From assembly GCA_951406725.2 (NCBI GenBank), contig OX597817.1, positions 42,904,001-42,968,000 on the forward strand: a stretch of DNA of 64,000 nucleotides, written 5' to 3'. The notes under the pieces are model-generated. The model saw nothing but the letters and a program-made list of their open reading frames with translations, was not told where the DNA came from and did no database searches. Shown piece after piece: positions 39,417-54,847 of the stretch (the stretch's first letter is position 1; the number at the start of each line of letters is the position of its first letter). The stretch is from Octopus vulgaris (taxonomy: Eukaryota). The position numbers and the translations under genes were made by a program.

Positions 39417-40482
39417 TGCTTATCTGGTATCCCTTGAAATTTATCCAGGTTTCATTTGAAGGTAATGGGATCTTTATCTTCTTTGATTTCATTTGGGACA
39501 ATGTTAAATAGATCAGGGCCTGTTGAAGTAAAGAAATTGTGTTGTAGTAAATTTATACGTTGTGAGCCTGAATTGTGTAGGAGACATATGGCATGTGGTC
39601 CTATCCTTGGACAAATTCCAAATCCGATGTCTGGATTGTTGGGGCATTTGTGCAAATGATGTAGCACTGGTGAGAATAAAGATTCAATGTTTTAAAGTAG
39701 TCTCAATAATTGTCATGTCTTTTATTTTTTAATGAAAGCTCTCTGGGGTGACTCAGTTCTAATAATGCTTTGTTTACTGACCCTGTTCATAATCCAATTT
39801 ACTTTTCATTAGAATTTAGTGGTCAATTTTTGTCAACATTCTTTTTAAGTTAAATACTGACTATCGAATGCTCATTTCCCTTATCATTTTTAATTGGATC
39901 CAATATTTAATGAAATCAGATGTTACTAATTAGACCATATCTATCTAATGAGACACCATTATATACATGATAGTACAATGACAGCAAAATCATGTAAATA
40001 TATTCAAAATCGTACATGAACATATGGTGTTAAGTAGGATGGTTGCTGCTTTGGATGAACTAAATTGTAAAATCTCCATATTTTAAGCATAAATTAAAGA
40101 GTGTGTCACACTGCAATAATAAGCAAAACATAAAATCATTGGTGCAATTAATTTATAACACCAGCTGTATTGCTTTCGACTGGCAAAAAAATACATTCAC
40201 TTTCATTTGAGATATTAATTATATAAAAGCTAATTTATTGCCAGCTATTTTGACTATTTCTACTTTGCTGAAACATTAGGACATTCCACATATCATTTCA
40301 GGTGAGCAAATTTTTTCATTTCATTCCTTATAAGAAACTTCTTTTACATATCCTTTTGCCTGTGAATGGTTAATTTTATATATTTCTTAAACATTAGTCA
40401 TAAATAATCTTATAACTGACAATATTTTTTAAAATTTCCTTTATTTTACTATGAATGACTTAAAATTCCAATTTTATATATA

Positions 40483-40873
40483 CTAGAAGTATCGCCCAGC
40501 GTTGCTCAGGTTTGTTTCAACCCTTTAGTATTGGAATTTTTGAAAAGTAAATATTTTGCATGATGTAGCTTGTTATTCTCTTTAAGTGAACATTTTTCTG
40601 GTTGAAATACACTGAAAAATGGCGACACAGCAGTCAAAACATCGTAAAAAATAGGGATTTTAATAGAAAAAAAAGCACCTTTTTGATGTAAATAATTTTT
40701 GGTGTTAACATGGTCCGATTTGAATTTTTTCTTCTACGGAAGGAAGAGCAAGCCTTCTTCTATCATACTCTCAATTTTGGTCAACTTGCACCACAGGGTC
40801 TCGGAGGAGATAGTGTTAGTTGAAGGTTACCAAACGTGACGCACACAGACAACTTCAGCTTTATATATATAGA
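40483..40873 (-). mobile_element. Non-autonomous Helitron
   Basis: Minus strand begins TCtatatatataaagctg and ends with a ctgagcaacgctggg hairpin-like motif followed by CTAG. Confidence 0.7.
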
Positions 40874-40971
40874 AATTAAGATATAACACTGTTTGTAAAA
40901 TATATCATAATGCTTTTGATAGTAACTTGTGTGAGACCTGCACTGGTTCTGTTAAAAACTTTCTGTTTTAA

Positions 40972-41157
40972 CCCTTTAGCATTCAGATTCTGTCAAATGT
41001 AATCACATATTATCTTGTAGCTTTGAGATTTTGATGATGTGGTGGTTTAATTTAGAATGACATAGTAGGGTAGGTGTGAGAGACCCAATATAGCTGGTTT
41101 GAACATAAAACAGATAAGATATCTGGGATTGATATGGCCAGTTTAAAACATAAAGGG
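40972..41157. mobile_element. piggyBac-like MITE
   Basis: TTAA|CCCTTTA ... TAAAGGG|TTAA. Confidence 0.7.
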
Positions 41158-41202
41158 TTAAAGCAATCTTTTTTAAAATCTTTCATCAAAACACAAGATT
41201 AA

Positions 41203-41423
41203 CCCTTTTGTTACTGTATTTACTTTGAGATGCTCTGTATTTCTTTCAATTACTTTAAATATAACAAAGAATTTAGTAAAATAGCTTAGTTATCATTAAG
41301 CTAGTGTTAGGAACGTAAATTGTGACTAAAGTTTGGTGGAAGATTTTAATCCAGAACTTTTGAAAACAAGACATTTGTACTACAGAGCCAGAGGTGGTTT
41401 CAGCCGGGTTGGTAACGAAAGGG
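41203..41423. mobile_element. piggyBac-like MITE (second family)
   Basis: TTAA|CCCTTTTGTTAC ... GTAACGAAAGGG|TTAA. Confidence 0.75.
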
Positions 41424-41800
41424 TTAATAATTCTTTATACAATAGTCACAAGACCTGAAATTTTCAGGAATAGGGACTCACAGAGTACCTCGATCCCAGT
41501 GCTCAACTGGTGCTTATCCTAAAAGGATGAAAGGCAAAGTCAACCGCAATGGTATTAGAACCCAGAACATAAAAGTGGAAGAACTGCTGCCAAGCATTTT
41601 GTCCACGATGCTAATGGCTCTGCCAGTTTGCCACCTTAACACCAGATTAATAACGACAAAATTATTTAACTGAAATCTTCATTATTTTCAAAATTAATAT
41701 AAGAAAAGGCTGTGCATTTTTTACAGAAATATGGTAACAAAACAGTTAATAGCAATTTCATGACAATGCAACTTTGTACTATCAATTATGCTGTGAAAAA

Positions 41801-42576
41801 TCATCATCATCATCATCGTTTAACGTCCGTTTTCCATGCTAGCATGGGTTGGACGGTTTGACTGGGGTCTGGGAAGCCAGGAGGCTGCACCGGGCTCCAG
41901 TCTGATCTGGCAGTGTTTCTACAGCTGGATGTCCTTCCTAACACCAACCACTCTGTGAGTATAGTGGGTACTTTTTACGTGCCACTGGCACAGGGGCCAG
42001 AGGAGGCTGGCAGCAGCCATGATCGGTTGGTGCTTTTTACATGCCACCGGTACGGACGACAGTCAAGGCAACGCTGTCAACGGCCACATTCGGATGGTGC
42101 TTTTTATGTGACACTGGCATGGGTATGACAACTACAATTTCCATTTGATTTTTATTTTGATGTTGATGTAACTTAACTCAATAGGTCTCCTCAAGCACAG
42201 CAGGTCGCCCTACGATCCAAGGTGAGCACAGCAGGCTATCCTGCAAGCCATGAACTCAATTCATTTGTTGGGTCTTTGTAGTCACAGCATATCTCCAGAG
42301 ATCTCAGTCTTTCGTCATTGCCTCTGTGAGGCCCAACGTTTGAAGGTCATGCTTGACCACCTCATCCCATGTCTTCCTGGGTCTACCTCGACCCCGGATT
42401 CCTTCAACTGTTTAGGATGGCACTTCTTCACACATCTCTCCTCATCCATCCATAGTACATGACCATACCAGTGCAAACATCTCTCTTGCACGCCACATCC
42501 GATGCTTCTTATGTCCAACATTTCTCTCAGGATGCTTACACTCGGTCGTGTGTGCACACTGACATTACACATCCAT
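41801..42576 (-). mobile_element. RTE-clade LINE 3' fragment with 3' UTR and (GAT)n tail
   Basis: LREMLDIRSIGCGVQERCLHWYGHVLWMDEERCVKKC, then frameshifted GRPRKTWDEVVKHD; its 3' UTR is the family-C tail sequence. Confidence 0.8.
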
Positions 42577-42790
42577 GCATACTGACGTCAACAAGATATT
42601 ACTTGTCCTTTAGCAGACAGGAGTGAATAAGCCAAAGTTAGAAATCTTGGATCGACCTTCTCACTTTTTGTGATCTATATTAAGTTTACTTGATCTACAT
42701 AGCAAATTATTTTTGCATGCAGCTAAATTCAAATATGTGCATTCACATGCACACACACACACTTAGACATGCACGTACAAAGCAACAGAG

Positions 42791-42833
<43 letters not shown>

Positions 42834-43703
42834 TAAAACACACAAACATATGAATATGCAGAATACATATATACAAACGTACACACATACATACATATAT
42901 ACATATACACACAGATACACATGCATACATGCATACACACACTTACATGCATGCATACCTACCTACATACATACATACATACATGCCTACATACATACAT
43001 ACATGTGTATATGTGCACACATGCACACAAACAAATAACAAAAAGAACACAGCTCAGATAATGGACAGAGTCAACGACTATTGAAAAGGTTGCAAGACGC
43101 AATGAAAATTTTAGAAAAAAAAAAAAGTAAATAAGTGGAAACTTTACTGGTGAGTGTGTTAAATGATAAGGCACTAAAAGAGAATGTCTCTCCCCAGAAA
43201 ACAACAATTTATACATACATATATATATATATATAATAGTAAAAAGTGACAACAAAAGAATGAGACCTCGATATTAGGTAAGTAGTGGATTATTTATATA
43301 TGCATTTGAAACTCTGAGTACTACAATGACAACTTACTGACTGTCCTAAACTATATATAGGAGCATTCCGTCAGTTACAACGACGAGGGTCCCAGCTGAT
43401 ACGATCAACGGAACAGCCTGCTCGTGAAATTAACATGCAAGTGACTGAGCAATTCACAGACACATTTACCACTAATGTAGTTTTCAGGGAGACTCAGCGT
43501 GACATAGACCGTGACAAGACCGGCCCTTTGAAATACAGGTACAACTCATTTTTGCCAGCTGAGTGGACTGGAGCAACATAAAATAAAGTGTCTTGCTCAA
43601 GGGCACAATGCGTCACTGGGAATCGAACTCACGACCTTACGATTGTGAGCCGAATGCCCTAACCACTAAGCCACGCGCCTTCACACACACACACACACAC
43701 ACA

Positions 43704-43745
<42 letters not shown>

Positions 43746-46486
43746 TGAATACATATACACACATAAATGATAAATGTTAAGTGAAGGTTAAGAATAACAA
43801 TACGAGATTTACTGAGAAGGAGACCCAATACTAGTAGCAGAATAAAATTCATTGTAGAATTTGTGTTGACAGGAACTTTAAATTTCTCCTGATGACTTGT
43901 TCAACTGGTGACTGGTTAAATAAGCCATTAGGTGAGACTTGGACTCACATCAGCACAAATTTGACAATACACACAAACACATACATAGATATGCATCCTC
44001 CAGGGCTCAGTTCTATGTTCCCTTCTATTTATCAGTGTCTTCCAAACTGTAACAAGAGTTTAAGACCAGTTATCTTTAGCAACTCCTCTATGCTGATGAC
44101 CTAGTTCTTATTGCCTAATCTGTTGTAAAATTGGAGAAGAAATTCCTGATGTAGAAGCAAAAACTCTACAACTGAGAGACCTCAAAAGTAACCTTGTCAA
44201 AGACAAAAGTATTAGTAAGTAGGAAAGGATGCCCTTCAATGTGGATGAGCAACCAATTCCAACCAGTCAGGATTCACAATGTCCTAACCACGGCTTCTAT
44301 TAGGTAAAGGACCTTGCTTGAAATGCCGAAAAATGAACAGATAGACAATCCATGCATTGTAATCATATAAATTATGGATGCACAAAAGGTTTAGAAACAG
44401 TGAATAGATTTAGTGTGTTCTGTTGGAATTAAAACTATAGTCAAAGACATTATAATCATGGCCATCAGTTCCAATTTTGTTTTAGGCAGTAGACTACTCT
44501 ATATAATGTGTCTTACCTCTTTTGAGACAGTTGAGTTAAATTTGGAAGATATTTGCCAGCTATTTCTAGCAAGTTGAATGACCATGTAGAGGATTTCTTG
44601 GCTTGTCTTGAGACTTGTTGTTGTTGATGTTGTTGTTTCACCCCAGGTTAGTTCTTGTCAAGTAAACCTATGATTGAAGGTGTTCCAACCATGAACAACT
44701 TGTCATATTTTTAACTATGTTGTTTATCCTTTGTTTTCAACAACAACCAAATACTTCATCACAACAATGGAGAATGCAGTCATACAGGTCACAGGAGATT
44801 CATGACTGCTCCTGCCTATATTGCACCTTCTTTGTGAAGAAACCATAGAAGTAGCAGTATTTCATTATCTCAGATACACGTGATACCCCAACAGTTGCAA
44901 AGAAAGGTCTGCTTTCTGTCTGTCATTTAGAGAAGTTTGAGTGCTGACTTGCACTGAACTAGGATTATAGCTGAGGAAGGACTACACTGAATAACCAACT
45001 TCATTCTCCTATCTGACGTCCTAGACTAGTGGTAAGAGGACCAAATTGGTTGGGTGTATATCAGGGAAGGAGTAGAATGACCAGGGTGATTTATATGTCT
45101 CAAGATGCTCTGAGGTACACATCCCACAGTGATGTTACAGGATATTACCTTTGACCATTAATAGTTGGGTTTCCTTCATGCATTTCCACTGAAAATCCAC
45201 ACATCTTATGCGTCTTAAATGTATATAAATACACAATATTTGATGGCTGTTGACTCCTTTGACTTTGTCCATCCATTGATAGGTTTTGTTTTTCCTCATC
45301 AAGTAGGCTTCATGGGTTTATTAGTTTATTCACTGACAATGCAACTGGTTATATTAGAATACATGTTACCTGTAGCACTTATGAGAATGTGATACATTTT
45401 CAAACAAGGTATACCTCACACAACATTGTTCACTGTGTTATTCTCTATAAATATAGTGGATTGTAATTTGAAGAATATTTGGCTGCAAAGTGATAAAACA
45501 TAAAGAGTATTCTTCATTAGCAAATTTTAAAATTTGTTGTTAAATTTAGTGTATACTTCAAATTCTGTCCAAATATTATCTGCTCATGTGAGATATTTCT
45601 GATTGTAGCTTAATAGTTTAAGATCTAGTTTAACAGACAAATGACAGGAAAGATGTGACGGCCAACACTTTTACACCAGCAATGACCTGTGAAATTACCA
45701 TTCTTGGCTGTTATCGAGGCTGTTGATTTTTTTAAAACTTCAGTCTCATTAATAGCACAGTCCTACTTCAGCATTTATATGCAAATAAAATGTGGACTAC
45801 TATAAAGAATGAAGAACAGTGACTGGCTACGACACAGAAGGCCATGGAAAGATTTGTGCTGGGAATGTCATTTCAGGAACTTATCTGAAATAAGACAATT
45901 TGAGAAGAGAAACAAGTGAACAATGTGACAGCATAATACTAAAATTGCAGATTCTACTGGGCCAGACATGCTAAATAAAACTCATAAACAGAAGGTAGTC
46001 CTTTGCAGTAGCTGAGAAATATCCAAGAGACTGGAAAAGACCACTTAGAAGATTTCTAGGATGACAAAAAGATGATTTGTTAAAAAAATTTAGGTGCAAA
46101 TAAAAGAGAAGGGCATAACCAAAAGAAGAATGGAAGTCTGTTGTGAAAAGTGATGAATAAGGATATCTGATAGTCTGGTCGATCAGGTAATATTGCTAAA
46201 AATGTTTTGAGAAATGCATTAACATTGTACATATTTTACCTCCTTTGTTCTAAATTTGTGTTCTTGCATTTAAATAATAAATCGGTGTAATATATCTGTT
46301 GGCAGCCCAGTAGCTTGTCTATTTTAGCTATTAATCTTTTTTTTTTTTTTTACTATACCTTTTAGCAAATAATTAAGTTCTTAGACATTGTTCTGACAAT
46401 TGTACTGTTTTGTTCCATTCCATTTTTGTAACATGTGACAAAATAATAGACAATAAATTTTCTCAGTTTCTCTTTCTAGAACCAAG

Positions 46487-46618
46487 ATGAACAAAACGAC
46501 TGAAGCAGTACCTTCTTACAACAGCAATGATATTGAGACTCACAGACCAAGAAAAAATATTTCCTATTTTCACAATAAATGTTGGTTGTTATTCTCACAA
46601 AGATTAATTAGCATAAAG
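46487..46618 (+). CDS. SLCO/OATP transporter, probable first coding exon
   Basis: Acceptor tctttctag at 46479, ATG in aagATGa context, 44 codons ending AAG|gtaaaa, phase 0 matching next exon; typical cytoplasmic N-tail before TM1. Confidence 0.6.
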
Positions 46619-47757
46619 GTAAAAATAAAGTTGTTAAATTTTTTGATATTCAAATTTTTTTTTTTGGAAGGAATTAAACTACCTTAGATTATTAAAATAT
46701 TAATTACATGAAAAGTGAAGGCACATGGCTCAGTGGTTAGAGCATTGAGCTTATAATCATGAGGTTGTGAATTTGATTCCTGGACTGGGCTACGTGTTGT
46801 GTTCTTAAGGAAGACACTTTATTTCACCTTGCTCAAGTTCACTCAGCTGTAGAAATGAGTTGCGACATCACTGGTGCCATGCTGTATCAGCCTTTGCTTT
46901 TGTTTTGGATAACATCAGTGGTGTGGAGAGGGGATGGGATACTGCTGGTCTTCCATAAACAACCTTGCCTGGACTTGTGCCTTGGAAGGGAACTTTCTGG
47001 GTGTAATCCCATGGTCATTCATGACTGAAGGGGCTCTTTACTCCTTTACCCCTTACATGTCATGGAAGTGTACCAGTGACTAGGTCACACATCTGATGAA
47101 ACCTTTAAAATACTAATTGTTTATCAGTCACTTTTTATTAATATTTTACTGTTTTATCTCACTGAATGAATCTATAACTTTAAACAGGATTAAGAAAGAA
47201 ATGTTTTTTTCTTCCATTTTTTATAAGATTTATATGAAAAGATGAGAAAGGCCAAATAATTCCTCAAAAATCTTTTATATTAACTAAGATTATAATCATG
47301 ATCATATTTATTTTAGACTAAATCCAAAATGAGAGAAACTTCACTGACTGTCAGTATCTTATAACCACTGATCTACCCTTATACTGTATCCTTTCCGTAT
47401 CCCATCTACCACTGTTACAACAGCTCCAACTGCTCCTTTAAAATATCAGAACTGTGTATCAATCAATGCACTCACCTTTCTTTCCCTCATCCTCTTTACT
47501 GTGTTTTACAAAACTAATCCCTGTTCTAATTTCTTATCCAATCCTTTCTAACCATAACTTAACTGCAACCTTCTAAAATTTCTTTGCTACTCACATTTTC
47601 TCAAAAACGTTTAAACTGAACCCCAGTCAGTTACATCATCCTAACAAGTCTGAGAAGAAATGCAAATGTTTTAAATACCTTTCTTCTTAAACCTGAAAAC
47701 TAAACAATAGTGGCTTCTTAACACAATACATATGCATTCACACACACACACGTACAT

Positions 47758-47793
<36 letters not shown>

Positions 47794-50700
47794 ACATGTA
47801 TTTAGAGAATATTAGTTATGACAGGTTCAAAGGGTTACCCAGGGTTTCATGTCCATAAAGCGCTATAAAAATACACACACACACACACACACGTATTTAG
47901 AGAATATTAGTTATGACAGGTTCAAAGGGTTACCCAGGGTTTCATGTCCATAAAGCGCTATATAAATACACACACACACATGATTTACTGACAATATATA
48001 TATATATGTGACCACATGTGAATCGTTGTCGATTTTCTTCCTCCATCTGCCTTTTATTAGACTTTCCTCTGTTCCTGAAGAACAGCGTCTGTTCAAAGCA
48101 TTAAACCATCTTTCTTTCCTTCCCTGAGTATCTGCTAATACTTTACATGTACCACATCCTCGCATTGTTGTTTTTTGGTGTTTGTTTTACTATTTTGGAT
48201 TTACTATATATATATATGATTTAGTTCTTTTTCAAACAGAAACTCTGAGTTCTTGCCTGAAGATCACAGTGGCATGAAACTCAAGTCATGAGAAAAAATC
48301 TGAGTTTCGGTTTCAATAAAAAAAAACATATCCTTTAACACTCTTTTGTCTGACATAGGCCAATGGCATGTAAACACACACACACACACACACACATGCA
48401 CATGCACATGCATGCGCACGCACACACACACTGCACATGCATGCACAAACCACACACACACACACACACACACATATGCAAGTTCATGCACATGTGCACA
48501 CACACATGCACATACATACATGCACACACACACACATTTATAAATATAATACTGTATATTTAGTTGTGGAAGTAGAAAAACGGGATAATCAGAAAGTGAG
48601 TCATACCCATATAGCAAGCTGTTAGATTAGACAGACAAATATAAGGCTAATGTTTCAGAATGTGTTATTAAAATTAATCTGGTGAGTTAAGAAACTTAAG
48701 AATGATGGTAATATCTTCATGCTGTGTATACAGTTGCAAAACACAGCCATTGACAGGGCCACATGCAGAGAGTGATTGGAAGCCATATGTATCCCCTCAA
48801 ATGAAGTGTAAAGATTATGATGATGCAACTGCAGACAAAGATAAAAATGGCAATAAATTACTTTTATTCCTCAAATGTTTGTCACCAGACATAACAGAGC
48901 AAAATACTTTCTTATGTAAGACACAGATGAAATTCTAAGAAAAGATCATGAACATTGCTTACCAACCACATGGTTCTGGGTACAATCCCACTGCGTGGCA
49001 TCTTGGGCAAGTGTCTTCTACTATAGCCTTGGGCTGACCAAAGCCTTGTGAGTGGATTTGGTACATGACGGAAACTGAAAGAAGCCTGCCGTATATATGT
49101 ATGCTGGTGGCACATAAAAAGCACCCACTACACTCACGGAGTGGTTGGCATTAGGAAGGGCATCCAGCTGTAGAAACACTACCTAATCAGACTGGATCCT
49201 GGTGCAACCTCCTGGCTTCCTAGACCCCGGTCAAACTGTTCAACCCATGCTAGCAAGGAAAACAGACGTTAAACAATGATGATGATGATGATGTATGTGT
49301 GTGTGTGTGTGTGTTTGTGTGTCTGTGTTTGTTTCCCCAGCATCGCTTGACAACCGATGCTGGTGTGTTTACGTCCCCGTCACTTAGTGGTTCGGCAAAA
49401 GAGACTGATAGAATAAATACTACGCTTACAAAGAATAAGTCCTGGGGTCGATTTGCTCGACTAAAAGCAGTGCTCCAGCATGGCCACAGTGAAATGACTG
49501 AAACAAATAAAAGAGTAAAAGAGTATAGTTCTTTCTCCTTATAAGTATATACATATAAAGTATCTGTCTGCATACAAATGCAGGGGTGTTTAATAACATC
49601 AGGTTCAGTCAGTCAACACATTAACAGCCCTTTTTAATGTCATTTTTGATGTGTCTGTTTTTGGGGTGGATCGTTTGATAAATTTGTTTGTTTTTTACTC
49701 TATTTGGTAATCCATTGTCATATATTTGAAAATTGATAAAATCTATTCAAATTTCAAAAGTGGTGCAGAGGATGAATAGAACTACAAAAAGCCATAAGAC
49801 ACCATGAAAAAATATTCTCTGTCTTAATTCAAGTAACATAGGGAATTATTAAAATAAATGGGGAAAACAAATGAATGAACTTACCAAACAACCCAATTTT
49901 TTTTTTTTTATTAATTTTCTTTTAGTTATACTTATTATGCTCAAAGCGAGCAGTTCTTTTATTATTACTAGTCATCATATTTTGTCTGCCACTACATTCT
50001 GAGTTCAAATTCTGCAGAGGTCGACTTTGCCTTTCATTCTTTCGGGGTTGATAAATTAAGTACCAGTTATGCACTTGGGTCAATGTAATCGACTAGTCCC
50101 ATCCCCCCAAATTTCAAGCCTTGTGCCTTTAGCAGAAAGGGATATTATTACTAGTCATCCACCTTCCGTTCAGGACTCTATGAGGTTGCCAAACTCTGTA
50201 GTACTTTTAAATTATAAAATTATTAAATTATTAATCATCTTACTAACAATAACTCTGAGCACATTTTCAAACTCCACCTGTCTAACACCCGTGGACATGT
50301 TTACAAAGTCAGAAAACAGCACAGCTACCATGACTTTTGGAAACATTTTTTCACGCTAAGAGTTGCTGAAGCATCAAACAAACTGCCGGCATCAATTGTT
50401 AGTTGTTGGAGCACTGCATCCTTCAAAACTTTCATGCTTCCTGAGTTTCGCCAACACTACACCTGATTTTCTCCTCTCCATACACACACAAGCATGTATC
50501 TGACTCATACACTGTTCACTTCCCAGACATTTGTACATTACTACATATGCTTTATACGCACTTTTGACAAGTTGTGGTGCACCTGAGCACTGTATACAAT
50601 AATTTCATTATTATTATTATTATTTTATCTATGGCAACTCCTATATGCTGATGACCTAGTTCTTATTGCTGAATCTGTTGTAAAATTGGAGAAGAAATTC

Positions 50701-50877
50701 CTGATGTAGAAGCAAAAAACCTACGACTGAGAGACCTCAAAAGTGATCTTATACGCACTTTTGACAAGTTGTGGTGCACCTGAGCACTGTATATATTAAT
50801 TTCATTATTATTTATTTAATTAGCTAATTTGTCAATTCTATAAAGTGATATCAATTTTATCTTATTTTTGTTTTCAG

Positions 50878-51187
50878 GTCTTTGTCATTTATGTCAGCCT
50901 TGCAAATATATTCGTGCACTCTTTGGACCATTATTTAGGATCACAGATAACAGCCATTGAAAAACAGTTTAATTTGCAAAGCAAATCCTCAGGAATTCTC
51001 ATAAGTATAAATGATGTTGGATTTATATGTTCTGTGCTAGTTTTGGGTTATTTACTTAAGAACTGTCATAGACCAAGAGTGTTAGCTATTACCAACGTTA
51101 CAGTTGGTCTTGCGATTCTTATCTGTGCTCTGCCCTACTTTATTACACCACATCCAAAATGGAATACTAACCAAAACAACAATGGAG
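50878..51187 (+). CDS. SLCO/OATP exon (TM1-TM3)
   Basis: ttttcag|GTC; YLGSQITAIEKQFNLQSKSSGILISINDVG..CHRPRVLA..ICALPYF match OATP motifs (IE.RF...S...G.I, HRPR, LPHF); likely GC donor. Confidence 0.88.
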
Positions 51188-51383
51188 GCAAGTATCAGTT
51201 TTACTTCATTTTACTAAATTACTAAAGCAGGTGTGGCTATGTTGTAAGAAGCTTGCTTTTCAACCACATGGTTCTGTGTTCAGCCCCACTGAGTGGCACC
51301 TAGGGCAAGTGTCTTCTACTACAACCTTGGGCTGACCAAAGCCTTGTGAGTGGATTTTGTAGACAGAAACTGAAAGAAGCCCT

Positions 51384-51424
<41 letters not shown>

Positions 51425-52399
51425 TGTGTGTGTGTGTGTATGTGTTTGTGTGTGTGTGTATGTGCGCGTGTGTGTGTGTGTGTCTGTCTGTCTGTCTATT
51501 CTCCATCACCATTTGACACTCAATGTTGTATTTATGTCACTGTAACTTAGCAATTCTGCAAAAGAGACTGATAGAATAAGAACCAGGCTTTTAAAAATAT
51601 ATATTTATAAGCATTGGGGTCAATTCATTTGACTAAAAGATCTTAACTGATTGAAAGGTATAAAAGATGGGCTACAGTAAATATTCTGCTCAATACCACA
51701 GATTTGCTGGCCAGTTGCTTAACCTTAACCAGTTGACCATGTTCCTTAGTGGCTGACGATATCTGCATCTCTGATCACGAGCAGAAGTAGTGGGGGAACA
51801 TCATAGCCGTGTGTTGAAAGGAATTCTTGGAGGTTTGGATAATTCACCTTTGGAAACACGAGTGGTTCATTCAACATCCTTAAACAATCCTTATTCAAGG
51901 ACCTTTTGAGTGGAATGGGCTACTTGACTAGAAGAAAATTCTAGCTGGGCCCCACGTGCAAGGTCATGCACTGTTTATCTTGATATGAGATCACCATGTC
52001 GCGCCCATATGGTTGTGATGCATGTGCCTTATCAGACGGATAGTCATGATGGGTATACTGGGCTTCGTATATTTTACCCCAGTGTCACTTTGATGACATG
52101 CACTGCTCTCTCACTAAAAAAAAAACAAGCTGTAGTTTAGCAATATAAAGTACTTATTTTTAAATGCTTCCTTGTCAGACTGCATTTAACTTTGTGGGAG
52201 CCTTTCAACATAAAATGGTTTCCCACCTCTGTCCTAAACTGATATATTTTGGTCTCATTTTCTTTTTGATTTCCTTTCTTGATACACATACTTTGTATGA
52301 CTTTGCCATACAAATACGATGTTATATTGAACGTTATACATATATATATACACACACACACGCACACGCATAATTAAACGTTACTTAACTGTTGTTTAG

Positions 52400-52630
52400 C
52401 CAATAGAACAATGTGGACTGATTTCAAATCAACACAGGATCCAGCTTTAAATACGAGTATTGAGTGCAATTTGATGGAAGAAGAATCCTTCACTGGTTCC
52501 AGTACAATTGGTTACTTCTTTATTTTTATTGGAATGCTGCTGATTGGTGTTGGAAAAGCTGCAAGATTTCCACTTGCCATTGCATACATTGATGAGAATG
52601 TAGATGAAGCCCACACTGGCGGCTATGTAG
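52400..52630 (+). CDS. SLCO/OATP exon (ECL2-TM4)
   Basis: gttgtttag|CC AAT; FIGMLLIGVGKAARFPLAIAYIDENV..TGGYV-G (OATP 'G.SYIDD.V' region); donor G|gtaagc. Confidence 0.88.
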
Positions 52631-53687
52631 GTAAGCATGAAATATTCTGTCAAATAGTTAAATATTGTATTTTAAGGCGGCAAGCTGGCAGAAACGTTAG
52701 CACACTGGGCGAAATGCTTAACAGTATTTCGTCTGCTGTTATGTTCTGAGTTCAAATTCCACTGAGGTCGACTTTGCCTTTCATCCTTTCGGGGGTCGAT
52801 TAAATAAGTACCAGTTACACACTAGGGTCGATGTAATCGACTTAATCTTTTTGTTTAACCTTTCTATGTTTAGCCCCCTGTGGGCAATAAAGAAACAAAT
52901 ATTGTATTTACTGGCATAAAAGATGCATGAGCATATTAGACAAATCCCAGTTTCAATCGTGCATATTCAGGAAAAAAATGCTTTTAGTGGATTAAAACAG
53001 GTAATATTCTACTCTAGGCACAAGTCCTGAAATTTTGTGGGAGGGGGCCAGTCGATTAGTCAACCCTAGTATGCAGCTGGTACTTAATTTATCGATCTCG
53101 AAAGGCTGAATGGCAAAGTTGACTTTGGTGGAATTTGAACTCAGAACATAAAGACATAGGAAATAATGCTAAGCATTTCGTCCTGCATGCTAATATTTCT
53201 GCCAGCTCACCACCAACTTAAGCAAGTGATATACAAAGCAATCACACATATAGGTCTGGGAACATGGAGATTCTTCCACATTCAGAGAACCAATGTGAAT
53301 AGACTGGTATTTAATAGTAGTCCATCATGTTTTAGAAGTTCCACTGGGATATTGACTGGGCCAGGAGACTTCTGCTGCTTCATGCAGTTGAGGGAAATCC
53401 GATATTCTTTGTCGGATGGTGGCATGTTCATCCAGTGTTGAGTTGGATGCATGGGTATGTGCTTCAAGAACACATGAAGGGTGTATTTTATGTGCCACTG
53501 GCACAGGTGCCAGTTATGTGACAAGGCACAGGTATGGCTGTGTGGTAAGAAGCTTGCTTCCCAATCACGTGGTTCTTTGTTCAGGCCCACTGCATGGCAT
53601 CTTGGGCAAGTGTTGTCTACTATAGGCTCAGGCCGACCAAAGCTTTATGAGAGGGATTTGGTAGACTGAAATTGAAAGAAGCCTGTC

Positions 53688-54250
<563 letters not shown>

Positions 54251-54806
54251 TCTTTGTGTCTCTCTGTCCCTCCACCACCACCACATTACCACTTGACAGC
54301 CAGTGTTGGTGTGCTTACATCCCCATAACTTAGCATTTCGGCAAAAAGAGACTGATAGAATTAAAAAAAGAAATAATATTGGGGTCAATTCATTTGACTA
54401 AAATCCCTTCAAGGCAGTGCTCCAGCATGGCTGCAGTCAAATTATTGAAACAAGTATAGGATTGGTTGGTATTGGGAAGGGCATTCATCCCTAGAAACTA
54501 TGCCAAAACAGATAACTGATTCTTGTTGCAGCTCTCTGACTTGCCAGCCCCTATCAAACCATCCAACCCATGCCAGCATGGAGAACAATTTACTCTTTTA
54601 CTTGTTTCAGTCATTTGACTGCGGCCATGCTGGAGCACCACCTTTAGTCGAGCAAATCAACCCCAGGACTTATTCTTTATAAGCCTAGTACTTATTCTAT
54701 TGGTCTCTTTTGCCGAACTGCTAAGTTATGGAGACGTAAACACACCACCATCGGTTGTCAAGCAATGTTGGGTGGGACAAACACAGACACACAAACATAT
54801 ACACAC

Positions 54807-54847
<41 letters not shown>

